A stretch of DNA of 61,719 nt, filler included, from a bacterium UBP13_UBA5359 (lineage in GTDB: Bacteria; UBP13; UBA5359), in the NCBI GenBank assembly GCA_002410925.1. It is 4 parts of 4 records of this genome, joined end to end, with 100 filler letters (N's around TTAATTAATTAA, not from the genome) between each part and the next. Parts side by side here need not be neighbours in the genome. Positions count along the whole stretch, not along the records: positions 30,846 to 61,719 come from DHPR01000018.1; 3 more parts are not named here. The stretch is one strand, 5' to 3'. A model generated the notes under the pieces. It searched no databases. It saw only the letters and a list, made by a program, of their open reading frames with translations, and was not told the DNA's origin. This document shows positions 30,790 to 41,177 of this stretch, piece by piece (the first letter of the stretch is position 1; every line of letters starts with the position of its first letter). A program made the translations under genes and the position numbers.

Positions 30790-30801
30790 TTAATTAATTA
30801 A
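30790..30801. other. Artificial contig linker TTAATTAATTAA within Ns
   Basis: Same linker as at 15858. Confidence 0.95.
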
Positions 30802-30846
30802 NNNNNNNNNNNNNNNNNNNNNNNNNNNNNNNNNNNNNNNNNNNNC

Positions 30847-31053
30847 CGCCCCTTTTAGCATGGCCACCACATCGGTTCCCAGAAAGGGTTCATACAGATA
30901 CAGCCCGGACGGCTCCAGGGTCCTCCTGACCAGAGCAGCCGTGTCATGCTCCTGTAGCGCTAATTCCGGATTGCGATGAATGGCATGCCTTATATCTACA
31001 ATCTGTGGTAGTAATTCTTCAATTAAAGAGATAAGCGCTTGATAGTAATTCAT
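30847..31053 (-). CDS. M20D amidohydrolase (N-terminal fragment)
   Basis: RHAIHRNPELALQEHDTA; truncated by the contig end. Confidence 0.8.
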
Positions 31054-31119
31054 TAGACTTCCCGAGTAAATAATGGCTGTTTCGTTCGGCCATTATGATG
31101 TACGTTTAATGTAACTTCT

Positions 31120-31161
31120 AAAAAAAGAAAAAGAAGGGTTTCAAGAAAACCCGAAACCCGC
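31120..31161 (-). terminator. Terminator downstream of tRNA-His
   Basis: GGGTTTC...GAAACCC hairpin followed by TTCTTTTTCTTTTTT on the minus strand. Confidence 0.65.
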
Positions 31162-31171
31162 TTAAAATCTA

Positions 31172-31249
31172 TGGGGTGAGTGACGGGAATTGAACCCGCA
31201 ACCTCTGGAGCCACAGTCCAGCGCTCTAACCGATTGAGCTACACCCACC
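31172..31249 (-). tRNA. tRNA-His(GTG)
   Basis: G-1 plus GTGGGTG acceptor, CTGGA-CTGTGGC-TCCAG anticodon arm, GGTTCAATT T-loop, CCA end. Confidence 0.96.
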
Positions 31250-31325
31250 ATGTTCATTTATGTCACCACGCAAATGATATTATATCCCAGCCACGACAAA
31301 GAATCAACGCACCCTCAGGAAATTT

Positions 31326-32504
31326 TTATTCCTGTCCTATCTGCCTGACGTCGATGAATACGCCCTTCTCTGCAGACTCCTTAGCGGCCAGGCAGGCATA
31401 AGCACTCATAATACCAGCCTCGATAGGTGTTTGCGATGCATTCTTACCCTTTATCAGACCGATAAAGTCATAAGCCAATCTCAGATCGCCGCCGAAGTGA
31501 GCAGCGCCCTCGCCCGCTTTAACGGTATCGCTGAAGGGAGCATGATGCCGAACTCTATTGATCTCATTCTTATACCAGTCAAAGCTGATGGTGCCCTTAT
31601 AGCCGCTGACAACGGCTCCCCTGGCGCCTGCATCACGACGTGTATAGAATACCTGAGTGTAAACACCCTTGGCGCCGTTGGCAAATTCCAGCAGAGCGCT
31701 GGAGGAATCTTCGTTCATGCCTCCTTCGGGAGAGCCGCAATCACGGCTGAAGAGACAGGGGTGATCCTCAAGGGTGCCGCCGGAAAAGTTGCGTTTGCGG
31801 TTTGCCGGGCTCTCAAGACAGGATTCTGCTTCATCACATTCCGAACACCTCAGCCCTGCGGGCTTATCCCCACCAAAGATACGCCCGAAAGAGGCCATAG
31901 CCGCTACTCGCAACACCGGTGAATCCATCAGGTAGCTCATATAGTCGAAATCATGGGTAGCCTTCTGCAGAAAGAGTCCCTGTGTGGAATCAAAATCACG
32001 ATAGAAATAATCAAAATAAGTAGTGCCGTAGGGAACATAATTAACGCTCATGATATGCTCCGGATTTCCCACCGCACCTTCGGCGATATACTGCCGGGTA
32101 AGGGTGCAAAGCGGGGATACCCTTAACGGGAAGCTTACCACCACCTGGCATCTGGAATTCTCAAAGGCTCTCTCCAGCGCTATGGCCTGCTCCATGGAGG
32201 TAGCTACCGGTTTTTCCAGAAAGAGGGGTAAATCATATCTGGCCGCTTCTATAGCAAAGGGAGTATGCAGGCCGCATCTGGTGCCTATGACCAGCGCATC
32301 CGGATTAGCCCGGCGCACCAGCTCATCTACCGACTCGTAGAAGACCACATCCGTTCTGTCATCCTCAGATAACCTGGAACGCGCAGTCTCTTCATTGGGA
32401 TCAACAACACCGACTACTTTGAGATCCGGTTCCACCTTCCGCAGAGCATTGTTGATAACGCTGCTGACACGCCCGCCATGCCCTATAACACCAAGCTTAA
32501 TCAT
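31326..32504 (-). CDS. Gfo/Idh/MocA family oxidoreductase
   Basis: LGVIGHGGR, LEKPVA, KATHDFD, NEDSS, HFGGD. Confidence 0.9.
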   Translation of the reverse strand: MIKLGVIGHGGRVSSVINNALRKVEPDLKVVGVVDPNEETARSRLSEDDRTDVVFYESVDELVRRANPDALVIGTRCGLHTPFAIEAARYDLPLFLEKPVATSMEQAIALERAFENSRCQVVVSFPLRVSPLCTLTRQYIAEGAVGNPEHIMSVNYVPYGTTYFDYFYRDFDSTQGLFLQKATHDFDYMSYLMDSPVLRVAAMASFGRIFGGDKPAGLRCSECDEAESCLESPANRKRNFSGGTLEDHPCLFSRDCGSPEGGMNEDSSSALLEFANGAKGVYTQVFYTRRDAGARGAVVSGYKGTISFDWYKNEINRVRHHAPFSDTVKAGEGAAHFGGDLRLAYDFIGLIKGKNASQTPIEAGIMSAYACLAAKESAEKGVFIDVRQIGQE

Positions 32505-32778
32505 TATTTCTCTTCCCCCTGCCAAGCATATTTAAGCCAAGCTTATCACTGGTTACGCTATTAGGAAATAAGAGTACCTCTTGCCACAATATGGCACCAC
32601 TCTAATTTAACAGAAGAGACACCGTATTGCAAGACAACTTCTTGCCAATTTTAGAATCTTTAAAAAGGGAAATCCCTTTGCAGGATAGAAGTTAATAATC
32701 GGGTAAAGAGAATATAGAACCCTGTTTCTGCTTTCTGTCTACCTGTAATAATTACCCACCTTTTTAGGAGGAACTATC

Positions 32779-34536
32779 ATGCAGATAAATATAGCTGCAC
32801 CTTTGCTGCTTGGACTTATCATTTTTTTCCTGGGATATAAGTATTACGGACGTCTTCTTTCAGGTATTTTCGGTGAGAATGACGGCAACATAACTCCGGC
32901 CGTGGAATTAAAGGATGATGTAGATTATGTGCCTACTCCTCTCGGAGTAGCCTTCTCCCACCATTTCGCCTCCATTGCCGGCGCTGGACCTATCATAGGG
33001 CCGGTTGCAGCCCTGATTTTCGGCTATGCTCCCGTCTGGGGCTGGATCATACTAGGAACCGTCTTCTTTGGTGCTGTACATGATTATACAGCGTTGTTTG
33101 TCAGTATGAGAGAAAAGGGTAGGTCGGTAGCCGATGTCGCCAACAGCTATCTGGGCAGATTCGGTTTCTTCCTCTTTATCTCCTTTACCATCATTATGAT
33201 AGTTCTGGTCACCTCAGCCTTTTTGGGGCTAACGGCCGTTTCCTTGACGTCAATGGTGCCGCTGAAGCACATTGCCGCCAATGGTGCTCCCGGTCTGCTC
33301 AAAACCGCTTCCGTCAATGGAGTACCCTCAGCTAAGATAGGAGGCATCGCCTCAACCTCAGTAATAATTATCACCTTCTTTGCACCCCTTATCGGCTGGC
33401 TTCTCTATATCAAAAAAATCAAAGTCTGGATAGCCTCGATTACAGCCATAATCATATGCACCCTTTCCATAATAACAGGACTCATATTCCCCCTCTCGCT
33501 CGATCCGCAGCTATGGATGTTTATCCTGTCGGTTTATGTGGTCATCGCTGCCGGAGTGCCTGTGTGGCTGATACTTCAACCGCGTGATTTCATGAACTCT
33601 TTTATCCTATATATAGGTATAGCCATGCTGCTGCTGGGAGTAATCGGAGGCGGTTTCGGCGGCCTGACTCTTCACGCGCCGGCCTTCAATCTGGCCAGGG
33701 GCAATGCTGAGCTAGGGCTTATCTGGCCCTTTCTCTTTATTACCGTAGCCTGCGGTGCCATCTCCGGATTTCATGCTCTGGTGGCCGGCGGCACCGTCTC
33801 CAAACAGGCAGAACGCGAATCACATGCCCGCAAGATAGGCTTTGGAGCCATGATACTGGAAGGCATAATGGCTCTGGTCGTGCTGATGACCATTGCCGGG
33901 GGCTTGAAATTCGATGCCTATATGAACATAGTCTATCCTCTGCAGGGAAAGAGCAATCCCATCCTGGCCTTTGCCCTGGCCATGGGAACATTATTGCACA
34001 ATGCCGTCAGGATGCCGATAGCACTGGGTACCGTTTTCGGCATCCTGATGGTGGAAGGCTTCGTTATCACTACACTGGACACGGCCGTCAGGCTTAACCG
34101 ATATCTCTTTGAGGAATTATGGGCCATACTCTTCACCAGAGTGCCTCGCATCATGAAATCCTACTTATTCAATTCTCTGCTGTCCGCAGCACTGATGCTA
34201 TGGTTGGCCAAGACCAACGCCTTCATGGTTATATGGCCGATATTCGGTACCGCCAATCAGCTTCTGGCCGCACTGACCCTGATAGCCGTATCCGTCTGGC
34301 TGGCATATCGCGGCAAGCCGACCTTGATAACGCTTATTCCTGCTGCCTTCATGATGATTACCACGCTGGCATCCCTCTACATGCTGCTGGTCGATAATTA
34401 CTTACCGGCCCATAACAAGCCTTTGATAGCAGCCGACCTGTTATTGATGCTTCTCTCCATAGGGGTAGTTTACATTGCCGTCAAACGCCTGACCGGCATA
34501 GTCGTAAAGAGAAAGAAGGCCGTATCTGCCGCATAA
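32779..34536 (+). CDS. cstA: Carbon starvation protein A family transporter
   Basis: TPA...DDVDYVPT, HHFASIAGAGPIIGP, TVACGAISGFH, TTLDTAVR, WPIFGTANQLLA. Confidence 0.95.
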   Translation: MQINIAAPLLLGLIIFFLGYKYYGRLLSGIFGENDGNITPAVELKDDVDYVPTPLGVAFSHHFASIAGAGPIIGPVAALIFGYAPVWGWIILGTVFFGAVHDYTALFVSMREKGRSVADVANSYLGRFGFFLFISFTIIMIVLVTSAFLGLTAVSLTSMVPLKHIAANGAPGLLKTASVNGVPSAKIGGIASTSVIIITFFAPLIGWLLYIKKIKVWIASITAIIICTLSIITGLIFPLSLDPQLWMFILSVYVVIAAGVPVWLILQPRDFMNSFILYIGIAMLLLGVIGGGFGGLTLHAPAFNLARGNAELGLIWPFLFITVACGAISGFHALVAGGTVSKQAERESHARKIGFGAMILEGIMALVVLMTIAGGLKFDAYMNIVYPLQGKSNPILAFALAMGTLLHNAVRMPIALGTVFGILMVEGFVITTLDTAVRLNRYLFEELWAILFTRVPRIMKSYLFNSLLSAALMLWLAKTNAFMVIWPIFGTANQLLAALTLIAVSVWLAYRGKPTLITLIPAAFMMITTLASLYMLLVDNYLPAHNKPLIAADLLLMLLSIGVVYIAVKRLTGIVVKRKKAVSAA

Positions 34537-34575
34537 TAAACAAAGAAGCCCTTGGTGACATCGAAGGAGGAAAAA

Positions 34576-34710
34576 ATGCCCTGCCCTAACATAGATAAGA
34601 ATAAGAGCGGTTGCACCTGTACATCCACAAGTTGCCTGCGCCATGGCATCTGCTGTGCCTGCGTACGGTATCACCGAGAGAATGGAGGATTGCCGAGCTG
34701 CCTAAAGTAG
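34576..34710 (+). CDS. Small Cys-rich protein, DUF6485-like (44 aa)
   Basis: Missed by the ORF track. AAGGAGG RBS; MPCPNIDKNKSGCTCTSTSCLRHGICCACVRYHRENGGLPSCLK. Confidence 0.75.
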   Translation: MPCPNIDKNKSGCTCTSTSCLRHGICCACVRYHRENGGLPSCLK

Positions 34711-34720
34711 AGCGTGCAGC

Positions 34721-35308
34721 TTACTCAGCTAATATGTCGGCAGCTACTCTGCCGGCAATCTCTTTGCCGGCCAGCATCTCTGCCAGAACGAGGGAGAATT
34801 TCAGAGCCGCATCCACACCGGCGGCGGTTATGATTCTGCCGTCAACCGTTACACTTTGCCCGGTATATCGCGTATCGGCAGGGAGATACTCCTCCATGCC
34901 GGGATAACAGGTGGCCTGCCTGCCCTTCAGCAACCCCATGGAAGCCAGAACTACAGCAGGAGCGGCGCAAATGGCTGCAATAAGTCCGTCTTCGGCCGCC
35001 GTTTTTATCAGGATTGACTTTACTGCAGCGGAAGCGGCCAAATTAGTTGCGCCCGGCATTCCTCCGGGCAATATTACGGCATCAGCTCTGTCGGCAAAAT
35101 CAGCCAGCAGCATATCGGCCTGTATGGTAAGACCCCGCGCCCCGGTTACAGATGATTTATCAAGCCCCGCCACTATAACCTCCACATCTGCCCGCCGTAG
35201 AATATCTATCGGCGTAACGGCCTCTATCTCTTCAAAGCCATCTGCCAGAATTATCAAAGCTCTGTGCCGTGGATGGGACTCTGCATTCATTCTTCGCAAT
35301 TTTGACAC
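34721..35308 (-). CDS. DJ-1/PfpI family (YajL/ThiJ-like) protein
   Basis: [31 protein letters not shown]. Confidence 0.92.
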   Translation of the reverse strand: MSKLRRMNAESHPRHRALIILADGFEEIEAVTPIDILRRADVEVIVAGLDKSSVTGARGLTIQADMLLADFADRADAVILPGGMPGATNLAASAAVKSILIKTAAEDGLIAAICAAPAVVLASMGLLKGRQATCYPGMEEYLPADTRYTGQSVTVDGRIITAAGVDAALKFSLVLAEMLAGKEIAGRVAADILAE

Positions 35309-36066
35309 CTCATTTTCAATCCTGAAGCGGCCAATTCGGCCTTGATCTCAGCAATGGAATACTCACCATAGTGCACAATGGAGGCCACCAGGGCGGCATC
35401 GGCCTTTCCTTCGTCCAGGACCTGACGCAAATGTTCTATGGTACCGGCGCCACCGGAAGCTATTACCGGAATGGAGACCGCCTGCGCCACCGCCGCCGTC
35501 AGGGGGATATCATAACCTGCTCTGGTGCCATCGCAATCCATGCTGGTAAGCAGAATCTCGCCCGCTCCCAGCTCTTCCACCCTTTTAGCCCAGTCTACAA
35601 TATTCAGGCCGGTTGGAGTTCGGCCTCCATGCACATAGACCTCCCACCCGCCGCCAGGCCTGGCTTTGGCATCTATAGCCACAACCACGCATTGCCGGCC
35701 AAACTGCTCCGCACTCTGCGCGATCAGCTCCGGCGTGGCCACGGCCGAGGTATTGAGACTGATCTTGTCGGCCCCGACATTCAATACCTGCCGTATGTCG
35801 TCCGTTGTGCGCAGCCCGCCGCCGACAGTGAAGGGTATGGATACCTGTTTCGCTGCAAGCCGCACCATATCCAGCGTAATATTCCTGGCATCGGAAGAGG
35901 CTGCAATATCCAGAAAGACCAGTTCATCGGCACCCTCTTTATCATAGAAAGCGGCCAATTCCACCGGATCACCGGCATCCTTCAGGTTAACAAAATTAGT
36001 TCCTTTGACTACCCTGCCGGCATGAACATCCAGACAGGGAATTATTCTCTTACCTGGTGTTTGCAT
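35287..36066 (-). CDS. hisF: Imidazole glycerol phosphate synthase cyclase subunit
   Basis: [43 protein letters not shown]. Confidence 0.97.
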   Translation of the reverse strand: MQTPGKRIIPCLDVHAGRVVKGTNFVNLKDAGDPVELAAFYDKEGADELVFLDIAASSDARNITLDMVRLAAKQVSIPFTVGGGLRTTDDIRQVLNVGADKISLNTSAVATPELIAQSAEQFGRQCVVVAIDAKARPGGGWEVYVHGGRTPTGLNIVDWAKRVEELGAGEILLTSMDCDGTRAGYDIPLTAAVAQAVSIPVIASGGAGTIEHLRQVLDEGKADAALVASIVHYGEYSIAEIKAELAASGLKMRCQNCEE

Positions 36067-36099
36067 TTTATCTTCATCCCTCCGAATCTAGACGACCCT

Positions 36100-36825
36100 C
36101 TAAACTACCTGACCGGCAGCTATAGCTTCCGGCAGCTTTATGGTTCCGTTATACAGAGCACGTCCGATAATGGCTCCCTCTATTCCTTTATTTTTCAGCC
36201 GGACTAAATTTTCGATATCCTGTAAGCTGCTCACACCACCGGATGCAACGACCGGCAAACCGCAGCTTTGAGCCAGCTCAGCTGTAGCTGCTACGTTAGG
36301 CCCGGACATAGCCCCATCACGGCTGATATCCGTATATATTATACGTCGGGCGCCTAAAGCAGCCATCCTTTTAGCCAGATTCACCGCAGATATTGTGGAT
36401 TGCTCCAGCCACCCTTTGATAGCTACCTGCCCGTTTCGGGCATCTATGCCCAAAACAAGCGCCTCTTTAAAAGAACCCAGCAATTCCGCCGCCAGACCTT
36501 CATTCAGAGCTACAGTGCCGATGATGGCCCTCTCCACTCCCAGATCCAGCACCCGCTTAATATCATCAGCCGCTCTCAAACCTCCGCCCAGCTGCAAAGG
36601 CACATTTACGGCAGAAGCTATTCGTGCCACAGCATCCAGATTGACCGGCTTGCCTTCTCTTGCCCCGTCCAAATCTACCAGATGGATACGTTCGGCACCC
36701 TCCGCTTCCCAGCGGCGAGCCATTTCAGCCGGGTCATCCCCATAAAGAGTCTTCTGTTCATAATCCCCTTGCATCAGGCGCACACAGCAACCGTCCAGCA
36801 TATCTATAGCGGGAATGATAATCAT
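36100..36825 (-). CDS. hisA: ProFAR isomerase
   Basis: IIPAID, CVRLMQG, HLVDLDGA, LGGGLR, TDISRDG. Confidence 0.97.
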   Translation of the reverse strand: MIIIPAIDMLDGCCVRLMQGDYEQKTLYGDDPAEMARRWEAEGAERIHLVDLDGAREGKPVNLDAVARIASAVNVPLQLGGGLRAADDIKRVLDLGVERAIIGTVALNEGLAAELLGSFKEALVLGIDARNGQVAIKGWLEQSTISAVNLAKRMAALGARRIIYTDISRDGAMSGPNVAATAELAQSCGLPVVASGGVSSLQDIENLVRLKNKGIEGAIIGRALYNGTIKLPEAIAAGQVV

Positions 36826-36931
36826 CGGCAGCTCCCTCTATTACCATATTATCCTCGGTTTGGGCTCCAGTATTTACATCTGGTATTTTATCCCAAAACA
36901 TTAAATACAAATCATCGATTTTCTATATTCT

Positions 36932-37525
36932 CTACAACGAACCCTTGGTGGATGGTATATCGCTGTTTCTGGGATCCGGCTCTATCGCCTGTCTCAAGGC
37001 ACGCCCAAAACCCTTGAAGGCAGCCTCTATTATATGATGTGCATTACGGCCGTTCAGCTGCTTCAGATGTATGGTGGCAGCAGAATTGTTGGCCAGCGCC
37101 TGAAAGAATTCCTGAACCAGTTCGGTGTCGAAGTCTCCCACCTTGCGCCTTCGTATATCCAGATTATAGGCCAGGTAAGGGCGGCCGCTGAGATCGATAG
37201 CGGACATTACCAGGGCCTCATCCATAGGCAAAAGGCAGGAACCGTAACGCCTGATACCCCTCTTATCGCCAAGAGCTTTAGCTATGGCCTGTCCGATACA
37301 GATGCCTGTATCCTCGGTAAGATGATGAAAATCCACCTGCGTGTCGCCTGCAGCCCTGATTTCCATATCTATCAGGCTATGCCTGGACATCAAAGCCAGC
37401 ATATGGTCCAGAAAGCCCACTGTGGTCGAAATATCGTATCTTCCCTCTCCGTCAAGCTTTATCCCGACAGTTACATCCGTCTCTCCGGTCTTGCGTTTTA
37501 CCTCAGCTATTTTAGGCACTATCAC
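36932..37525 (-). CDS. hisB: Imidazoleglycerol-phosphate dehydratase
   Basis: RKTGETD, FLDHML, DFHHLTED, PMDEAL, NAHHIIEA, PSTKG. Confidence 0.97.
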   Translation of the reverse strand: MIVPKIAEVKRKTGETDVTVGIKLDGEGRYDISTTVGFLDHMLALMSRHSLIDMEIRAAGDTQVDFHHLTEDTGICIGQAIAKALGDKRGIRRYGSCLLPMDEALVMSAIDLSGRPYLAYNLDIRRRKVGDFDTELVQEFFQALANNSAATIHLKQLNGRNAHHIIEAAFKGFGRALRQAIEPDPRNSDIPSTKGSL

Positions 37526-38507
37526 GTACCTCCTTCATCATGGCTAAAAAAGCATTGACATCATCGGCTATCAGATCGGCGCCCTCGGAACGGAAGAACT
37601 CTCTGTTGCCGTCGCCTGTGGGGCCGGTAAGAACAGCGCAAAACAGGCAGTTGCTTCTTCCACCGGCGCGATAATGCAGAACCGTACGCAGGTCGTCATA
37701 AGTATCGCCCACATATACGGCTCGCTTAGCTCCCAGGCGCTCCATCATGACGCTGATTACCATTGGGTCCGGTTTTTTGCCATCCTCGGCAGTCATTATG
37801 CTCCTCTCCGGAAAGAGCCTCTCTGCATTCAGCAACCCCAGGCCGGCCTTCATTTCACCCTTGGTACGTCCCGTAATTATGCCCAGGCGGCAGCCTGTGC
37901 CGGCGGGCAAATCATTATTCAGCAATGGACGTTCCGTCCGTATCAAACCGGGACTGCTTATATACCTGGCATAACCGCCGTAAATCTCTTCGCAGAGGTC
38001 GGCGCCGGCATAGGTTTCCTGAAAGATTCGCGTTATCTCTTCCCTGCGCCAGGATAGCATTACTTTATCTGCCGTCGCCTTTGGAAGCTCCTCCAGAATA
38101 AAGGCTACTGCAGCATCCAATCCTTCCAGAGGAGAATTCTTTATGGCCGTGGTATAATCCTGCAATAAAGGCTTGAAAGAGAGCAGCCTATCGCGCTCCC
38201 GGCTGCCTGCCAGCGCCTCCTTGTAAAGAAAGAAGAGTATCGCGGCGCAGGTTAGATCCCAATCATCGTTGAAGCCTCCCGCCTTCTTGAAGAGCTCGGT
38301 ATCCTCAACTTTCAGCAGGTTGCCGTCACTCCATCCTAAAACATGTTCCAGATAGAATCTGACCACGCTTATTATAGTCATACGGAAAGAGCCGCTGACA
38401 TCTATGAGCACTCCGTCTACATCGAACAGCAGCGTATCCACGTCTGCTACAGAAAGATCCCGGCGACCTTCCACTCCGGTAAAGATCTTCATAAAATCAT
38501 TGCTCAT
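37512..38507 (-). CDS. HAD-superfamily hydrolase (TIGR01548-like), candidate histidinol-phosphatase
   Basis: LFDVDGVL, GGFNDDW, ITGR, KPDP, VGDT; overlaps both hisD and hisB. Confidence 0.75.
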   Translation of the reverse strand: MSNDFMKIFTGVEGRRDLSVADVDTLLFDVDGVLIDVSGSFRMTIISVVRFYLEHVLGWSDGNLLKVEDTELFKKAGGFNDDWDLTCAAILFFLYKEALAGSRERDRLLSFKPLLQDYTTAIKNSPLEGLDAAVAFILEELPKATADKVMLSWRREEITRIFQETYAGADLCEEIYGGYARYISSPGLIRTERPLLNNDLPAGTGCRLGIITGRTKGEMKAGLGLLNAERLFPERSIMTAEDGKKPDPMVISVMMERLGAKRAVYVGDTYDDLRTVLHYRAGGRSNCLFCAVLTGPTGDGNREFFRSEGADLIADDVNAFLAMMKEVRDSA

Positions 38508-39814
38508 TCCGGCTTCTTCCTCGCTAACTTATCCATTCTAATTCTGACGGCGGCAGCATGGCCTTCAAGCCCTTCCACAGCCGCCAGCAAATTTATACTA
38601 TCGGCAACACTTGCCAGTTCCTCACAGCTATAAGATATCAAGCTCGATCGCTTGATAAATTCCCATGCGGATAATGGAGAGGAGAACCTGGCTGTACTGC
38701 TGGTAGGCAAAACGTGATTCGGTCCGGCCAGATAATCTCCGACTGATTCCGGTGAAAAATCGCCGAGAAAGAGAGCGCCGGCAGCGGTTATTCTCGGAAG
38801 AAGAGCCTGAGGATTCTCTGTCAGAACAATCAGATGCTCCGGCGCCGCCATATTGACCAGTTCTAATGCTTTATCCATATCCGGAGCCAGCAGAAGCAGA
38901 CCGCCATTCTTCAACGAGGCCTCGGCAATATCTCTGCGGGGCAATTCCGCTAATTGCCGGCTCAATTCAGCTTTCACCGCCAGAGCTATGCTCTGATCCG
39001 TGGTTACCAGTATGGCTCTGGCACGGGGATCATGCTCAGCCTGGGCCAGCATATCGGCTGCCGCAAAGGATGGATCGGTTGTTTTATCAGCCAGAACAAG
39101 AACTTCACTCGGCCCGGCCAGCATATCTATATCCACATATCCAAAAACCGCTCTTTTAGCCAATGTAACATAGATATTACCGGGACCGACAATCTTATCC
39201 ACTCTGCTTACGCTTTCAGTTCCAAAAGCCATGGCCGCTATAGCCTGCGCTCCGCCCAGCTTATAAAAAGTATGAGCACCGGCTTCAGCCGCCGCTACCA
39301 GCACATGAGGATCTATGCTGCCGTCAGAACGTGCGGGAGAAGAGAGATAAACCCTCTCCACTCCGGCAGCTACAGCCGGCACAACCGTCATCAGAACGGA
39401 GGACGGATAGCGAGCAGTACCTCCCGGAGCATAGCAACCGACACTGGCCAGCGGACGCCAAATCTCTCCCAGCATGGAACCCTTCTCTGTAAATTTGAAC
39501 CAGGAATTCTGTAATTGCCTGCGGCTGAAATCGGCTATATTGTCCCGGGCAAGAGCCAGTGCATCAAGAAATTCTTTGCTTACCAGATTATACGCTGCAG
39601 CAAACTCCTTCTTGCCGACCTTCAGATCGGTAAGCTTAACTCCGTCGAAGCGTGCCGTAAGCTTCCGCAGGGCGGCATCACCATGCCGGCGCACCTCATC
39701 CAGTATGCTCGCTACAGCTTTCTCTTCATCACAAACGGAATCAAAAACGGTGCGAGCAAGAAGCTGCTCGAGTTCCTTACACCCTAGTCCGGAACTATCG
39801 ACAACTCTCATCAA
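38504..39814 (-). CDS. hisD: Histidinol dehydrogenase
   Basis: YAPGG, GGAQAIAA, GPGNIYV, IDMLAGPSE, QAEHD, APEHL, GPNHVLPT. Confidence 0.97.
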   Translation of the reverse strand: MMRVVDSSGLGCKELEQLLARTVFDSVCDEEKAVASILDEVRRHGDAALRKLTARFDGVKLTDLKVGKKEFAAAYNLVSKEFLDALALARDNIADFSRRQLQNSWFKFTEKGSMLGEIWRPLASVGCYAPGGTARYPSSVLMTVVPAVAAGVERVYLSSPARSDGSIDPHVLVAAAEAGAHTFYKLGGAQAIAAMAFGTESVSRVDKIVGPGNIYVTLAKRAVFGYVDIDMLAGPSEVLVLADKTTDPSFAAADMLAQAEHDPRARAILVTTDQSIALAVKAELSRQLAELPRRDIAEASLKNGGLLLLAPDMDKALELVNMAAPEHLIVLTENPQALLPRITAAGALFLGDFSPESVGDYLAGPNHVLPTSSTARFSSPLSAWEFIKRSSLISYSCEELASVADSINLLAAVEGLEGHAAAVRIRMDKLARKKPE

Positions 39815-39961
39815 CGCACCTCCGCAGGAACCGAAAATTTGCGGCTTTATCTTATCATGGGAAAGGCCAAAGTGTCAAAGCAACGGCTCTTTTCCTATGT
39901 TTGGACAGAACGATTATGGGTAAATATTTCTACAAAGCAACAATACGATTTTGGGGTAAGC

Positions 39962-40384
39962 ATGAGCGTTACCGAAAAGGATAACGTCATAATCTTTATC
40001 TTTCCAAGCAATACATGTTATATCAGTACCATGCGAATATTGCTCGGAGATCTGGCCGAGAAAGAGAATTTCTCCTACCAGGATATTGAAGATATGAAAG
40101 TTGCGGTATCGGAAGCCTGTTCCAATGCCATCCTGCATGGTTACAGTCTCATCAGGCCATTTGTTACCGTAGCTTTCGAGCTTTTGCAGGATAGAATGAT
40201 TATAAAGATCACCGACCACGGACGCGGGCTGACAGCCAAAAGGAAACCGCTGACTGATAAGGGAGAACCGACGGAAAAGGGGCTGGGGTTGGGCATATAT
40301 CTCATGCAGGCTCTCATGGATAAGGTGGAATATTCCGCTCCGGAAGATCAGGGTACTGTTGTTAAGCTTACCAAGATTAAATAG
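39962..40384 (+). CDS. RsbW/SpoIIAB-like anti-sigma factor Ser/Thr kinase (HATPase_c_2)
   Basis: DMKVAVSEACSNAILHG, DHGRG, GLGIYLMQALMD; start moved to ATG 39962. Confidence 0.85.
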   Translation: MSVTEKDNVIIFIFPSNTCYISTMRILLGDLAEKENFSYQDIEDMKVAVSEACSNAILHGYSLIRPFVTVAFELLQDRMIIKITDHGRGLTAKRKPLTDKGEPTEKGLGLGIYLMQALMDKVEYSAPEDQGTVVKLTKIK

Positions 40385-40388
40385 TGCT

Positions 40389-41177
40389 TTAATCCGGCTT
40401 CATCAGCATCTCTAACGCTGAAGCGCACCTGCGGCTAACCGGCAAACGCGTCTTTTGCATATCAAGCATGATTACATCGTAAACGCGGTCCCCCACAGGA
40501 AGTATCTCCTTTATTTTTCTACCATTAACCAGGCAACTGCGACTGATGCGAATAAACCCCAGAGCCTTCCAACTCTCTTCCAGCTCCTGAATGGAGGATT
40601 GCACCATGTGCCTCTCTCCCTTATCCGTATAAGCAAAAACCGTACGATCCTCTGATTGGAAATAGAGCATATCGGAAGGATTAAAAAGCTGCACTCTATC
40701 CTTAAGCTTCAAAGGGATTCTATCATTAAAACAGCCGCCGCCTTTAGCAGGCTGTTCCGTATCAGCGAGGGAATTCTCCCTTCCTCCCTCCTTAAGTATC
40801 TGCCTTTCCGAAACAACCTTTTTCAGCCATTCAACCGCTTTGCGTAACCGCTCTTCATCATAAGGTTTCAAAATATAATCTACCGAATGCAGCTCAAAAG
40901 CGGATACTGCAAATTCATCATAGGCGGTGACAAAAACTATAGCGGGTTCCTCGCCCTTCTCAGAGAGTGTACGCGCCACTGCCAAACCATCCAGATCCGG
41001 CATCTTTACATCAAGAAAGAGAGCCTCCGGCTTCAGCTTCTGTACCATATCTATAGCCTCAAAACCGGAGCCGGCCCGTCCTATGATATCAATGCCGCCG
41101 ATGTCGTCAAGATAATACGTCAGAAGATCCAACGATCTCAAATCATCGTCAACTATTACTGTCCTTATCATCACCAA
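40389..41177 (-). CDS. LytTR family response regulator
   Basis: REC motifs IVDDD, FLDVKMP, FVTAY, DYILKP; LytTR motifs FIRISRSCLVN, LPVSRR. Confidence 0.95.
   Translation of the reverse strand: MVMIRTVIVDDDLRSLDLLTYYLDDIGGIDIIGRAGSGFEAIDMVQKLKPEALFLDVKMPDLDGLAVARTLSEKGEEPAIVFVTAYDEFAVSAFELHSVDYILKPYDEERLRKAVEWLKKVVSERQILKEGGRENSLADTEQPAKGGGCFNDRIPLKLKDRVQLFNPSDMLYFQSEDRTVFAYTDKGERHMVQSSIQELEESWKALGFIRISRSCLVNGRKIKEILPVGDRVYDVIMLDMQKTRLPVSRRCASALEMLMKPD

Noticed and set aside
15814-30846. Thrice-repeated palindrome TTAATTAATTAA
   Set aside because: Always embedded in N runs; it is a six-frame-stop contig linker. Adjacency across these joins was not interpreted.
31054-31325. Integrative element at tRNA-His
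   Set aside because: No integrase or duplicated tRNA 3' end is visible.
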